Made by a program: the position numbers and the translations under genes. 64,000 nt of DNA, taken from assembly GCF_964355755.1 (NCBI RefSeq), contig NC_092672.1, positions 12,586,001 through 12,650,000 of the forward strand, in the 5' to 3' direction. Shown here one piece after another: positions 1 through 12,300 of the stretch; positions within the stretch are counted from its first letter, which is position 1; each line of letters begins with the position of its first letter. A model generated the notes under the pieces. It was not told the DNA's origin, made no database searches, and saw only the letters and a program-made list of their open reading frames with translations. This DNA is from Antedon mediterranea (taxonomy: Eukaryota; Animalia; Echinodermata).

Positions 1-236
1 ACCTCCCTCAAATGACCTCCGCCTCCCCAAAGGGCCCTACCAAACAATAAAAACTATACTTTAAAATGTTATTAATCATCTAAAACACTGTGAAACAAAG
101 TAGTTTAGTTTTACGAATGTCAAGCATTTTCAATAATGGTAACCGACAGAAAATGTATAAGGAGAACATTATCATTCCGAGAACCATCGTCTACACTTCC
201 TAGAGGGGGAGCGAGCGAAGCGAGCTCACCCTCTAG
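1..236 (+). mobile_element. 3' end of a non-autonomous Helitron
   Basis: Ends ctagagggggagc-gagcgaagcga-gctcaccctCTAG|t. The duplicated sequence resumes at a site equivalent to A|T at 34044/34045. Confidence 0.75.
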
Positions 237-1129
237 TTAAGAAAATAATGACTAACTGATTTCAATTAAGACATTCAGAGGATTTAGCAATGAACATCAT
301 TTTGAAAGTATTGATGTTAGCGTCTTGTTTAATCTAAAATTCGACAGCTGTATACATGATATTTAAATATCGTAAATTATATGGTGATGGTTAATAACTA
401 TAAATAATATAATTTATTAAATTATTAAACATATTCCTACGCCTAGACATTTCGTTTAGATTCAATTAAACTTTCATGAATACTGAATTTGTAGATCTGT
501 ATGTATTTACCAAACCGCCTTCAAAACATAATTGCAAATTCCAACAATACACTCTACGGTGAATTCAATAAATATTTTGTTATATTATTAATCTACTATC
601 CATCCCACCTTCATCCTACAATAAAAAAAAATATTACGTAATTCATTTCTCCCATTTGCTATGAGGCTTTTGAATGCAAGCTATGTGTATGTATCGTGTT
701 ATATGACATTTGCCTTTTTGTTATATTTGTTGCATTTGTATTTTATCCTATAGGTGACGTACTGTCTGTAGTTTACCATTTTTTTCTACTACGAATAATA
801 ACGTTAATGATTTAAATAATAGTAAATCTTTGTCAGCGCTACCAAACTGTATCAATAAAGTGTCGTACTGTCTGTATTTTACCAATTTTATCATATCTTT
901 ACTATATTTATTTAATATGTGACAAGCAGGACAATTTGTTTTACATTTCTCAGAGCTTGTTGGTATTTCATCATAATTACATTTTTCACAAATTAAAATA
1001 TTGTGGTTTAGGGCCTACATAGTTATTATCAAACATTCTCATATACAGTACTTCATTGCCTCTTTGTACTGTATTTCACCTTTCCTAGCTGTGGATGCTT
1101 GCCAACGTCGCATAACATGCTCGTTTAAC

Positions 1130-1165
1130 CATGGATTAAAGAATAGATCTATTCTTTAATCCATG
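1130..1165. mobile_element. 36-bp perfectly palindromic mini-MITE with a 7-bp TSD
   Basis: gtttaac[catggattaaagaataga-tctattctttaatccatg]gtttaac; the paralogous site at ~34522 has a single gtttaac. Confidence 0.8.
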
Positions 1166-3203
1166 GTTTAACTAACAAATAAAGAAGTAGCAAAATCTGT
1201 TTCACCACATTTGGCCAGTGTCATAAAAAAACTTCTTGGAAGAGAGATGAGGATCTCAAAATCACAATAAATGCGTAAAAATTGAATCAAACAACAATAA
1301 CAAACTACTATTTATCAACTGTGAGATTTAACAACAACAATGTATCTCGTCTCTTTCCCTCAAGCTTGCCGTTAAATAATTATAGAGGGGGTAGTTTCAA
1401 TAAACCAGACGGCAAACATACAATGTATAGAGTGCGTTTAAAAATATTTTCTGAGTTTAGTAATGAGATCAGTATTTGTAGTAGACATAAGGACAATATA
1501 TTTTAATTTAGATGGATTATTTGTGTTAGAGGAACTTAGTTCTACTATCTGAATAAACTAAAGCGAATTCATCTTCAATTGATTGTAGAGAGCATAATTT
1601 GCATAGTCTATCATTTCTATTAGGCCTAATACGATTCCATCTTCCTCTTTCTAGTTATAATATTCCTAGTCTAAGTTTAGTCACAATGTGTCTATGTTTG
1701 TAATTTTAATTAAGTATTCTTCCATTCAAACATAATTTATATTGAATGCGTGTGAAATATTGGAGCCTATAGAGAGTGTAACCTATTATCTCATAGAATG
1801 TGTAGTTCAATAAGCCTCGCCTTTGTTTACATTTTTAAATAAAAAATATTGTTGACCTGTTGAGCATGCCATGTTGCCAAATCCATTTATACATAATAAG
1901 TTTTACATCATTCACCCAAATCGCTCATTTTGTTGCGCTTTTCTATGTTGAAAATCATAACATTGTTTAATGATTTTTTCATAATCTATTTGGCGCACTC
2001 TCAGCCACTAACGAATTAAATTAATGATACTTGGAGTTTGGATAGGGAATTCTCGATATTTTCCTCTCACTGCATCACTTGGTGCAGAATTTTCTATTCA
2101 TAAAAGATATTTTTATTCTAAAATCAAAATATAATCCAAGTGGTATGAAGACATTGTTCATCTGCTGGAAAAATACAAGTTAGTGGATGCTACAATCCAT
2201 AAGGGTTCGGAGAAGTCAAGCCGAGGCAGAAATTCATTATATCTCAGATGCTAGTTAAGTAGTATGTGGTCAATGCACGTATTTAAGATTGATAAATCAT
2301 GATAATAGTGTATTCCTTCTATTTAAAAAAACAACGATGCAACTTCCATAGAAAACATCTTCTAATCCGAGTGATATAGTCAGTAGAGCCGTGCGTGCTA
2401 ACAGTAAGCAATTGATTTCAGATACCGGATGGGTGAGTAGTTCTACATTTCTTCACCAGGTTAACAAACAAAGGCGGTTTGCCGAAATCGATGACGAATC
2501 GCGTAAAGTTGTTGCTTCATAACTAAAATATATTCGCTTATTTCACACTAATGACAAAGTTGTTTCAGAATGGTTTTATAACAGACAGATAAAAATGAAC
2601 TCTAAATCACATTAAATGTATTGAATGTTCATTCCCCTTAAAGGAGCCAACAAGTAGTAAGGCATAATTTTTATATATGCCTATCAATGGTAAACTTAAC
2701 AGTGATATAAGATAACAAAAGACACACAATAATTTAATATGAAAAGATTGGTGTAAATATTGCAAGAAGCCATGTAACGGCAGTATGTGTAACGGAGTTA
2801 ATGATTATGTAATTTTCGTTGAAGGTATGCTCATCGGGAATAATTTGCATAAAATATGTTAGCCTACGTATATTAGAAATCTCACTAGCTAGTGTAGTTA
2901 GTTGAGACGATGCTATCGTTAGATGCATTGCGATTTCTAAATGTTATGTCATACTATTATACAATAAATTATCTATTATTACACGCATTCTGTCTTTCTA
3001 TTACGTTTTATCTCAACTCAAAGAAGTGGCAAGTGAGGCCGCAGTTATAGTATAGAGTAGATTGTGTGTTTGTTATTGGTTCTTAGTAAATGTTGTCATT
3101 TAAACATTATTCAAAAGTTTTCTTGTTTTTCACCCTTGAGTTTACCGTAAACATGGTGATGATTTATATCATATTCACATTCAAATAAATATAGTTTCTA
3201 TAC

Positions 3204-3297
3204 CTCATTTACGGAGTTCAGAAGATGTGGATATGTTTTACATATTTCTTCAATTTCTTCCAAATCTCCATATCTTACAGCTCTTAGCAATATGTTT
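3204..3297 (-). CDS. N-cap exon of a second tandem ROCO paralog (copy B); the rest lies left of the window; possibly a pseudogene
   Basis: 94 bp with the same splice sites as 37070-37163. Reads NILLRAVRYGDLEEIEEICKTYPHLLNSVNE and lies within the 3.1 kb duplication. Confidence 0.75.
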
Positions 3298-3447
3298 CTG
3301 GAAAAAAAAGAAGATAAAAATGCATCATGGCAAGAATACTCGGTCGATGATGTTAATATGTTTAGTATAGTATGTAGGCATATTAAAAAATTACAAGATT
3401 TGATATTTATTCGAGTAGGCCGACCAGATAAACGGCTCTGCTCTATA

Positions 3448-3655
3448 TCTATATATACATTTATCTAAGGGCAACATTCGGTAAATCGCGCGTTTCTTCT
3501 AGAATGTTTACTCGATGTTATATAAAGTTGGTTTGTACTTTCGGTATTGACTTTAACCACCTGATGTGACCCTGTTTACTAATTAAATTGAGTTAGATAA
3601 TTAGTTATTGACAATTAAACCGAATTTAGGTTCAACAATATTTCTCCAAATAGGG
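3448..3655 (+). mobile_element. Truncated Helitron 5' end (duplicated at 9541-9748)
   Basis: TCtatatatacatttatctaagggcaacattcggtaaatcgcgcg...; a further 3'-part remnant lies at about 3915-4046. Confidence 0.75.
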
Positions 3656-5751
3656 TCGGTTGGTCGGTTGGTCGGTAAACACTAACTTGAGCACGCGACT
3701 GCAACCATGTATATGACCTTGTTAACTTTATTACTGCATTACAGAAGGTGAATAAAATAAAACATTATGTCAGTGCCATGCCACTATTCCAATTGATAAT
3801 ATGCAAATTCAACATTGTAATTGGGGACCTACCACTCCAAATGCATCAAATATACCAGGACATGTATTCGGTTAGCGATACCATCGGGGATACCATACTA
3901 AACACAATGTTGTGAAAGTTTCTCTTTCGGAATTAATTTAAAGGGTGCGAATCTTATTTTACAACATACATCACCGTATCTGTATGTATTCGCTCCTTCT
4001 GGACAACAGGTATAATGTCCCTTTGCCTCCAGTATTCGAGAACCATTTATTTATACAGTATGGGCACGTAGTATGTTATTTGAGAAATTAAATAATACCT
4101 TATTTAACGTTTGTCGCAGTGGAGGTTTTTTACTTTTATGAGCTGAGAGTTTGCGTCAGATATCTTTGGCAGGGTTTATCTACCTTCTTAAAAATTAGGT
4201 ATTAAACAATACAGTCAGTATTCTTGTGATTATCATTATTTTGTGGGTGATTCAGGATGATATTAAAGATTAATGATAATGTATATTACTCACAATTTAT
4301 TCCAAAAGCTGGTATCCTTTAAAGCATTTAGTTGTTCAGTAGTTGCGTTGTTGAACTGCATCAGAATATATTTTTAAACAAACATTGTTTGTGACTAGAT
4401 GGGTGCAAAGTATAGTATTAAATCACTGTTAACAAACACAGACATGTCATTTTGACCTCTTGAATAAATAAAATAGATAGCAAATATCTACAAACATTAT
4501 AAGGGTTGATGCATAATCAGGGTCAAATAATTTGATAGACGTGGATCAAAAAGAGTGTTATCATGACTGTGTTCACAAAGACTATCCATTCTGAATTAAA
4601 GACGGTTTGTTGTGTTGCCGAAATCATTTTCTTATAAATTAATGTCTAGTATTCATAAAATAGGATTAACTGTGTAAGTATTATTGATAAATTTAGTAGA
4701 CCAAGTCAAGCCAAAGAAGTTTCACTCACAGCAAATTATACAAACAATAAATAAAAACACACAACAGAACAAACATAAACAACAGCATCAGCTTTTAAGC
4801 TAACCATGATAAAATACTTGTGGTTCCATTCTTAAATAAAAATAAAATAACTTCGACCATCCTCAAAATAATAGACATTAGGAATGTTTTAGTGATTGTA
4901 AACATTATACTAGCAGTATTTAAGATTATAGTACACTTTAGCAGCAGTACCCGTCTTCGGTGGGGGGTATATCTTATCAGCACACAGTTCAACCTAGAAA
5001 ATGATTGACAGAAGTTATCTATTGGAATATGGAATATTATTTTTGAAGACATCTTAAAGAAATTTTAATTTAAAGTTTTAATGATGAATGTCGTAAGTAA
5101 CCAGCCTAATATTAAGTATTAACTAATACTTAAGTATTAACTATAATAGTAATACCAATTAAATATATATATATATTTTGCCGTGAGAAAAGTTTTAAAA
5201 TACATTTAAAAAGAAACAACGTACTATACATTACATTATTTGAAATTTCTTACTAGTGGTACGGTGTTTTTTTTTATATCACTGTGTGCTGCAAGATATA
5301 CAATGTTTGTTGTTTTGTTGTCTTGGCATAGTATATACTGATATAATGATTTTGATGATCCAATTCTGGAACAACCAACATACAATTGACCATGTTAAAA
5401 ACATGGCGATGTTAAATCCAGTCCTGCTACGGTGAGAGATTGTCTCTGAGATTTGCTGATCGTCATACTGAAGCACAGGCGGACTGGAAATTGTAGACGC
5501 CGAAACTCAAACGGAAGATATATTGGTATAATTGGGATTTTGTGGAAATCTCGGTAAAGGTAACATTTAATTTCATAACTGTAAGTAATTACAGTAATTG
5601 TAGTTGCGGTGGTTGGAGAAATTTGTTAAATACAGAAACAACAAAAGAAATATAAAACACTTTTTATACACCGAGTTTATTTGGTTACATTCTCGTTTAC
5701 TGCAATTGTTTACAGCATTTGTTTTACTACATTCTCGTTTATTTCCACTTT

Positions 5752-6495
5752 TTAGTCGCGTGCAACGGGACTCTACAACTCACTATGTCGGTCCTTTGGT
5801 CAGTTGGTCGGTCGGTCGGTTGGTCGGTCGGTCGGTCAACACTAACTTGTATATGGCCTTGTCTTGATATCAGTTTCATCTATCTAAGTCAATTTTTGCA
5901 GAGTATATTCCTTATGGCCAGGACTCGATGTGGTTATGTTTTTTACGGTGCGCAATAAAAAATTACGTGGTTCTACGCACGATTTAACGAAATCACGTTT
6001 GTAATGATATCTTCACAAGCATGAATCACAAGTAAATAAAATTTGGTACTCATAAATATCAGGTCAAATTTCATCATATGGCAATACAATTACGTGCATA
6101 GCGCATATAACGCATGCGTACGCGCGCTTTAAATGTTCAAAATTGTCAAATTTATTTTACGTTTCAGGCATTGTTAAGCGTTTACAAATTTCAATGAGTG
6201 CGCATATTTTTGCACGCGCACTGTACGTTAAACGTTAATACGCACTCTTTTCGCCCGATTTCTGTTTTACAACCTTTCTGTAATAATGTTAATAATATTT
6301 GATTCACTTTCCAACTTGAAATTACGTTGTACGAGCACGTCAAAAGTGACCGGCTACGCACGTGTAAATTTAAAAAAATATAAATGTTTTTAAACATGTT
6401 CAACATTTTTAAACATGTTCAGCAATTTCGGTCGGTTGGTCGGTCGGTAAACACTAACTTGAGCACGCAACTGCAGCCATGTATATGGCCTTGTT
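5752..6495 (+). mobile_element. DINE-1/HINE-like (Helentron-associated) element
   Basis: 5' agtcgcgtgcaacgggact, (GGTC)n microsatellite, 3' gcacgcaact plus gccat..atggcc stem. Inserted in a T-run and absent from the duplicate at ~11390. Confidence 0.7.
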
Positions 6496-7029
6496 TTTAG
6501 GCGAGTTAGTTTTTAATGAATCTAAATCGTCATCAATAAGGACAGCCAAAGCTGCCTCTGGCTATAATGAAACGTAATATAGGATTAATATGTAATTTTA
6601 ACTCTTCCCTGGATTAATATAACGACTACCTTACACTAATACGCTGGAAATGATTGGGGTAAACACAATAGTTAACTGTAGGAATACTTACAGTGAATAA
6701 ACAAGTAAAACACTGGAATTTAGCAAAAACGTTGTACGGTGTGATAACGACTACATACGAATAATTCATATACCCATTTGGTCCTTCGTCTGTATTCATT
6801 CAGATGCAGATCCAGAATTTGAATAAACAGACCGTGTAGGAATACCTACAGTGAATACTATTCACGTAGGCCAATAATATTATACGACTCACTTCTCGAC
6901 GGTAATAGTAAATGTTGCCGTTCACTGTTACTGCTTGTATAGTCTTGAATGCAACCCTCTGGAAATTCCACACTTGATAGCCTTTTGATTCAAAGGTAAT
7001 TTTTTAAATATTTAATTCATAATTTAAGT

Positions 7030-7484
7030 TATTTGGAAATTTTCAAAAGAAAATTCTTTCAAGCCACAGTTGAATCGGTGCTGCTGTATGGATCCTCTAC
7101 CTGGACACTAACGAAAGCTTTAGAAGCGAAACTTGATGGTATATACACTCGTATGCTAAGAGCAATTTTGGACATATCTTGGAGAGATCATCCAACCAAA
7201 CCACAGTTTATGGAAATATGCCTCCAATCTCCTCCACAATCAGACAACGGCGTCTCCGCTTTGCTGGACATTGTTGGAGATCGAAAAGAGAACTTGTTAG
7301 CCGTAGATTCTGTGGAATCCAAGACATGGTCGTCAGAAGGTTGGACGTCCCCATAAAACCTACATAGATCAACTATGCGAGGACACAGAGTGCAATCCGG
7401 ATGAACTGCCTGCTGCCATGGAAGACCAGAAAGGGTGGCGTATCCGAGTCATACAAGCCCGAGCAAGCTCGACATGATGATGAT
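7030..7484 (+). mobile_element. 5'-truncated RTE-clade LINE, frameshifted
   Basis: VESVLLYGSSTWTLT..YTRMLRAIL.ISW, IRQRRLRFAGHCWR, GRPHKTYIDQL; (TGA)n tail; tttaagt duplicated on both sides; empty site at ~12023-12029. Confidence 0.88.
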
Positions 7485-8703
7485 TTTAAGTCATAATTCA
7501 GTAACTATTTGGTTTACGAATGTTTTATATAACCCATAACCATCTTCGTTGCAAGATTGATGTCGGTTGCAGAATTCACACCGATTGGATGGTGTACCGC
7601 GGCGTGCATAGAGGACAAACTTTTTGAGTTTGCATTTTATATAGATTATGATTGCATAGATTATGCAAATTATTTTCATAATTAGTTTTATTTAAAAGTC
7701 TATTTCCCGTTTTTTGGCCCTGTGTTTTTTCTCTGCGACATTGAGGTTGGTCACCTCTCGCTTTTTTCCCTGGGTCTGAATGATTCATCGTATATTAATT
7801 ATTATCATATGTTGTGTCCACCGTCGTCTCTCGTTATTGTATCTGTGGTGTTTCTTATCCAAATAGATTCTCTTACTTTTTAAACCATGACGTTTTATGT
7901 TTCAACTCTCCAATACACAAGACATATCTTCCGATAGAGGGCGGCAGATAGAGAGATTAGAAAGATCATAGAATGGAGCACATGTTGTCAACAAATGTGG
8001 TCTAAACAAAATTGCACAGTTCAATTATACATTTTAATTTATAACAAAAATCTAACAAATTCCAATAAATGTATAAAATGTAATGAAGGTGTCGAAATTG
8101 TAAATTATGTTAAAAAATACTAGTCTAACCCTAATAAATTGTTGCTTAAAGACACCGACTATAAATTATTTTAGGCTTTACGGGTATATATATAGCGTCT
8201 TTAAGCACACTAATAGTCGTCGGTGGCTTGTCATGAAATAATGTTTATTTAAATTCTAGTAAAACCAATATTATGTATAATACAAAGAAATAATTGCTTT
8301 CAAATTAAATTATAATTGTATTATACATTAACACAAAAATATAATGTGTATACAAATATAAAAAGAAAATGATTATGATTGTTTAAGAATAAATGTCAAA
8401 AGAAATTTTTTCTGCACATTAGTTATAACAAAATTAATAATAATAATAATATTATTATTGATAGTACGGTTATAATTATATAATTATGAATTATCAATTT
8501 AAATGAATACCGTGTTCAAACTAACAATAAAACAAAAAACAAGCAACACATGTAATAAGTAAAATAATTTATAATAAATTGGAGAAATGTATTAAAGCAT
8601 TCAAAATATTTAGTTTCCCAATAGGACGAACAGAACATATGATAAACTACGCGAATAATAATATATTATGCAATTATGATAGTTATTACCGACATACAGT
8701 TAC

Positions 8704-9335
8704 CGATAATGCAATGGTACCTCTATGTATACTAGTTTAAGTTTTGTAGGAAATTTCAAGTTGACCCTCGCCATTTTGAAATATATTATATTATACTGAT
8801 AAACATTCATAATCAAGCTAACATTAATGGTCAATGTTTTATGAGTATTACTAATTCATACATTAAAAGTGTAACCATTGGTAGTGGGTCAAAACTATTT
8901 GAACTAAAAAAACTATAATAATTGCACTACTTTTAATTTGAATTATTATTTCATTTAGGCCTACTTATTTGATTTAAATTGACAGTTTATAGTATAGTAC
9001 ACTAAAAAACGAACTGTAACTAACACAACTAAGTAATAGGCCTACTCTAATTTAAATAACTCAAAATAAAACATGACATCATATAAAGATCTTGCAAAAA
9101 TTACCCCTAGACGCTTAAATTATACGTACTTCAGAACAGCAGTATGTCTACACATTCTCAAATACGACATTTTTACTTGATCATTAAGTATAAAATAACC
9201 TAAATAAGAAAATACCAGAATATTATTTAGGTAAACTACATCAACCAGGATATAAGGAGATGGAAGACATGTTGATTATTGGACGTTTAGATCTACTTGA
9301 TTATTTTCAAAGATTATCTTTAATTGGTGTTACAT
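8704..9335. repeat. Duplicate of the ROCO 3' flank 14959-15590
   Basis: cgataatgcaatggtacctctatg ... agattatctttaattggtgtt is present in both, about 630 bp. Confidence 0.92.
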
Positions 9336-12300
9336 TATGCACTCTGTAGTTGCCAATAATTCAGTGGTTGCTGAAAAATAAAACCGAAACTTATATGAAA
9401 ATTACTTCTAATATTGCATACTAAATTGAAAAATGAACATAAAACAAAATACATTTGTATATAGTAGGCATATTAAAAAACTACAAGAATTGATGATATT
9501 TATTCGCGTAGGCCGCCCAAATAAACGGCTCTGCTCTATATCTATATATAAATTTATGTAAGGGCAACATTCGGTAAATCGCGCGTTACTTCTAGAATGT
9601 TTACTCGATGGTATATAAAGTTGGTTCGTACTTTCGGTACTGATTTTAACCACCTGATGTAACCCTGTTTACTAATTAAATTGAGTTAGATAATTAGTTA
9701 TTGACAATTAAAACGAATTTAGGTTCAACAATTTGCTCCAAATAGGGTCGGTTGGTCGGTAAACACTAACTTGAGCACGCGACTGCAACCATGTATATGA
9801 CCTTGTTAACTTTATTACTGCATTACAGAAGGTGGAAAATATGTTTAAAATAAAACATTATGCCAGTGCCATGCCACTATTTCAATTTATAATAAGCAAA
9901 TTCAACATTGGTAATTGGGGACCTACCACTCCAAATGCATCAAATATACCAGGACATGTATTCGGTTAGCGATACCTAGTCTGGGCTCCAGACGGAGTTT
10001 TGTCTTAATATTAGTAAAAATATAAATATTTTTGCACATATGGCGTTTCATACGTGTATTACTTGAGTTTGGTATTTTCAGACAAAAATCGCGGTCAAAA
10101 TAAAAACAAATAAATAAAAAAAAGACAATAAATATAGACTTGGGGCAAGTCTAAGCGATACCATACAAAACACAATGTTGGGAGGGATATCTAATAAGCA
10201 CAGAGTTCAACCGAGAAAATGATTGAGAGAGAAGTTATAAATTGGTAAATGGAATATTTTTTTGAAGACATCTTAAAGAAATTTAAATTGAAAGTTTTTT
10301 TGAGTAAGTAACCAGCCTAATATTAAGTATTAACTAATAAGTATTAACTAATAGTAATACCAATTAAATAAGTCAATATCAAACAATAGGCTATATTGAG
10401 CTGCATTCGTAATTGAGTATTGTCACTTAGTGCAAGGAGACCAATATGAATGAAATGGTTGTTTTACATTTTACTTTTTAAACCATACGTAACATTTAAA
10501 TGAAAGCAATAAAAAGATACATAAATAGTACTGTATAGTAATAATCTAATTAGATTACTTATTTCATTATGTCGCCCTCTGGAAATATCAAAAAAGTTGT
10601 TGGCTTTAACACAGTCGTCGTGTGTTTTTATATTTTATAGTACGTAAATAGACCGTATTTATGTGATGTCCTGAATTTGCAGACACCGGGATAATAATCG
10701 ATTACATATAATAAAAACAGTAATAAATGGTAACTGAAAAGCTTCTACATCATATATATTTTGCCCATGAGAAAAGTTTTAAAATATACATTTAAAAAGA
10801 AACAATTACGTACTATATATTACATTATTAGAAATGTCTTACTACTAGTGGTACGGTGATTTTTGTTATCACTTTGTGCTGCAGGATATACAATGATGAT
10901 CCAACTCTGGAACAACCAACATACAATTGACCATGTGAAAAACATGGCGATGTTAAATCCAGTCCTGCTCTACGGTGAGAGATTGTCTCTGAGATTTGCT
11001 GATCGTCATACTGAAGCACATGCGGACTGGACATTGTAGACGCCGAAACTAAAACAAAAGATCTTTTGATATAATTAAGAGTTTTGTTATGAAAACATCT
11101 TTCATTTGTATATACGGACCCGTTAAAATGTTGGTTATGATTTGTTTTTGTGGAAATCTTCGTTTAGAATTTCGGGAGAGGTATTAACATTTAATTTAAA
11201 CAGATAAGGAAATGTACATAAATTACAGTAATTGTGGGGTTGCGGTGGCTGGAGAAATTTTATAAATACAGAAACAACTAAAGAAATATAAAACACGTTT
11301 AGTAGGTTACATTCTCGTTTACTGCAATAGTTTACTGCAATGTTTACTACATTCTCGTTTACTACTATCATTCTCGTTTATTTCCAATTTGAATTTCTTA
11401 GGCGAGCTAGTTTTTAATACATCTAAAGCTGCCGCTTTTAGCTTTCTTTACAATTGAGATATTTTGTTCAACGCCGCATCTGTGTATTGTTGTTGAAAAG
11501 CAGAACATGTGTCGTCTGTTGTTGCCTGGCCTGAACCATTCATAGTGAAACACAGGACTGTAGAAAAAACGTTATGTGGTTTATTAACGACTACATACGA
11601 ATATTTCGAAGTTGAATATAAACATACCGAGTAGGAAAACTTACAGTGAATAAAATGTAAAACCCGTGTTTCAGTGTCTATCCCAATCTCGGTGTAACAA
11701 CAGGAGAGGCACACTGACAGGTAGAATGAAACGTAATATAGGATTAATATGTAATTTAACTCTTCCCTGGATTAATATAACGACTACCTTACACAAATAC
11801 GCTGGTAATGATTTGGGTAAACACAATAGTTAACTGTGTAGGAACTGTACAGTGAATACAATTCACGTATGCCAATAATATACGACTCATCTCTCGACGG
11901 TAATAGTAAATGGTGCCGTTTTCACTGTTACTGCTTTTATAGTCTTGAATGCAACCCTCTGGAAATTCCACACTTGATAGCTTTTTGATCAAAAGGTAAT
12001 TTTTTAAATATTTAATTCATAATTTAAGTCATAATTCAGTAACTAGGTGATTTGGTTTACGAAACTTTTTATATAACCCATAACCATCTCGTTGCAAGAT
12101 TGATGTCGATTGCAGAATTCACACCGATCGGATGCTGTACCGCGGCGTGCATAGAGGACAAACTTTTTGTGTTTGCATTTTATATAGATTATGATTGCAT
12201 AGATTATGCAAATTATTTTCATAAATACAAGTATATTTCCCGTGGGCTAGTTACCTCGGTGTTTTTTCTATGTGACATTGACGTTGGTCCTGTCTCGCTT

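Larger units (their letters stand above)
237..3365. repeat. Direct segmental duplication of 34045-37232 (N-cap exon of the ROCO gene plus the following intron)
   Basis: Co-linear, highly similar sequence, e.g. aagaaaataatgactaactgatttcaattaagac and gatatagtcagtagagccgtgcgtgctaacagtaagcaattg in both, with copy-specific indels. Confidence 0.95.
3366..8000. repeat. Direct duplication, partner 9460-12490 (5' flanks of ROCO array units)
   Basis: Co-linear blocks: 3366-3890~9460-9975, 4965-5750~10185-11390, 6496-7029~11397-12029, 7492-8000~12030-12490. Confidence 0.92.
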
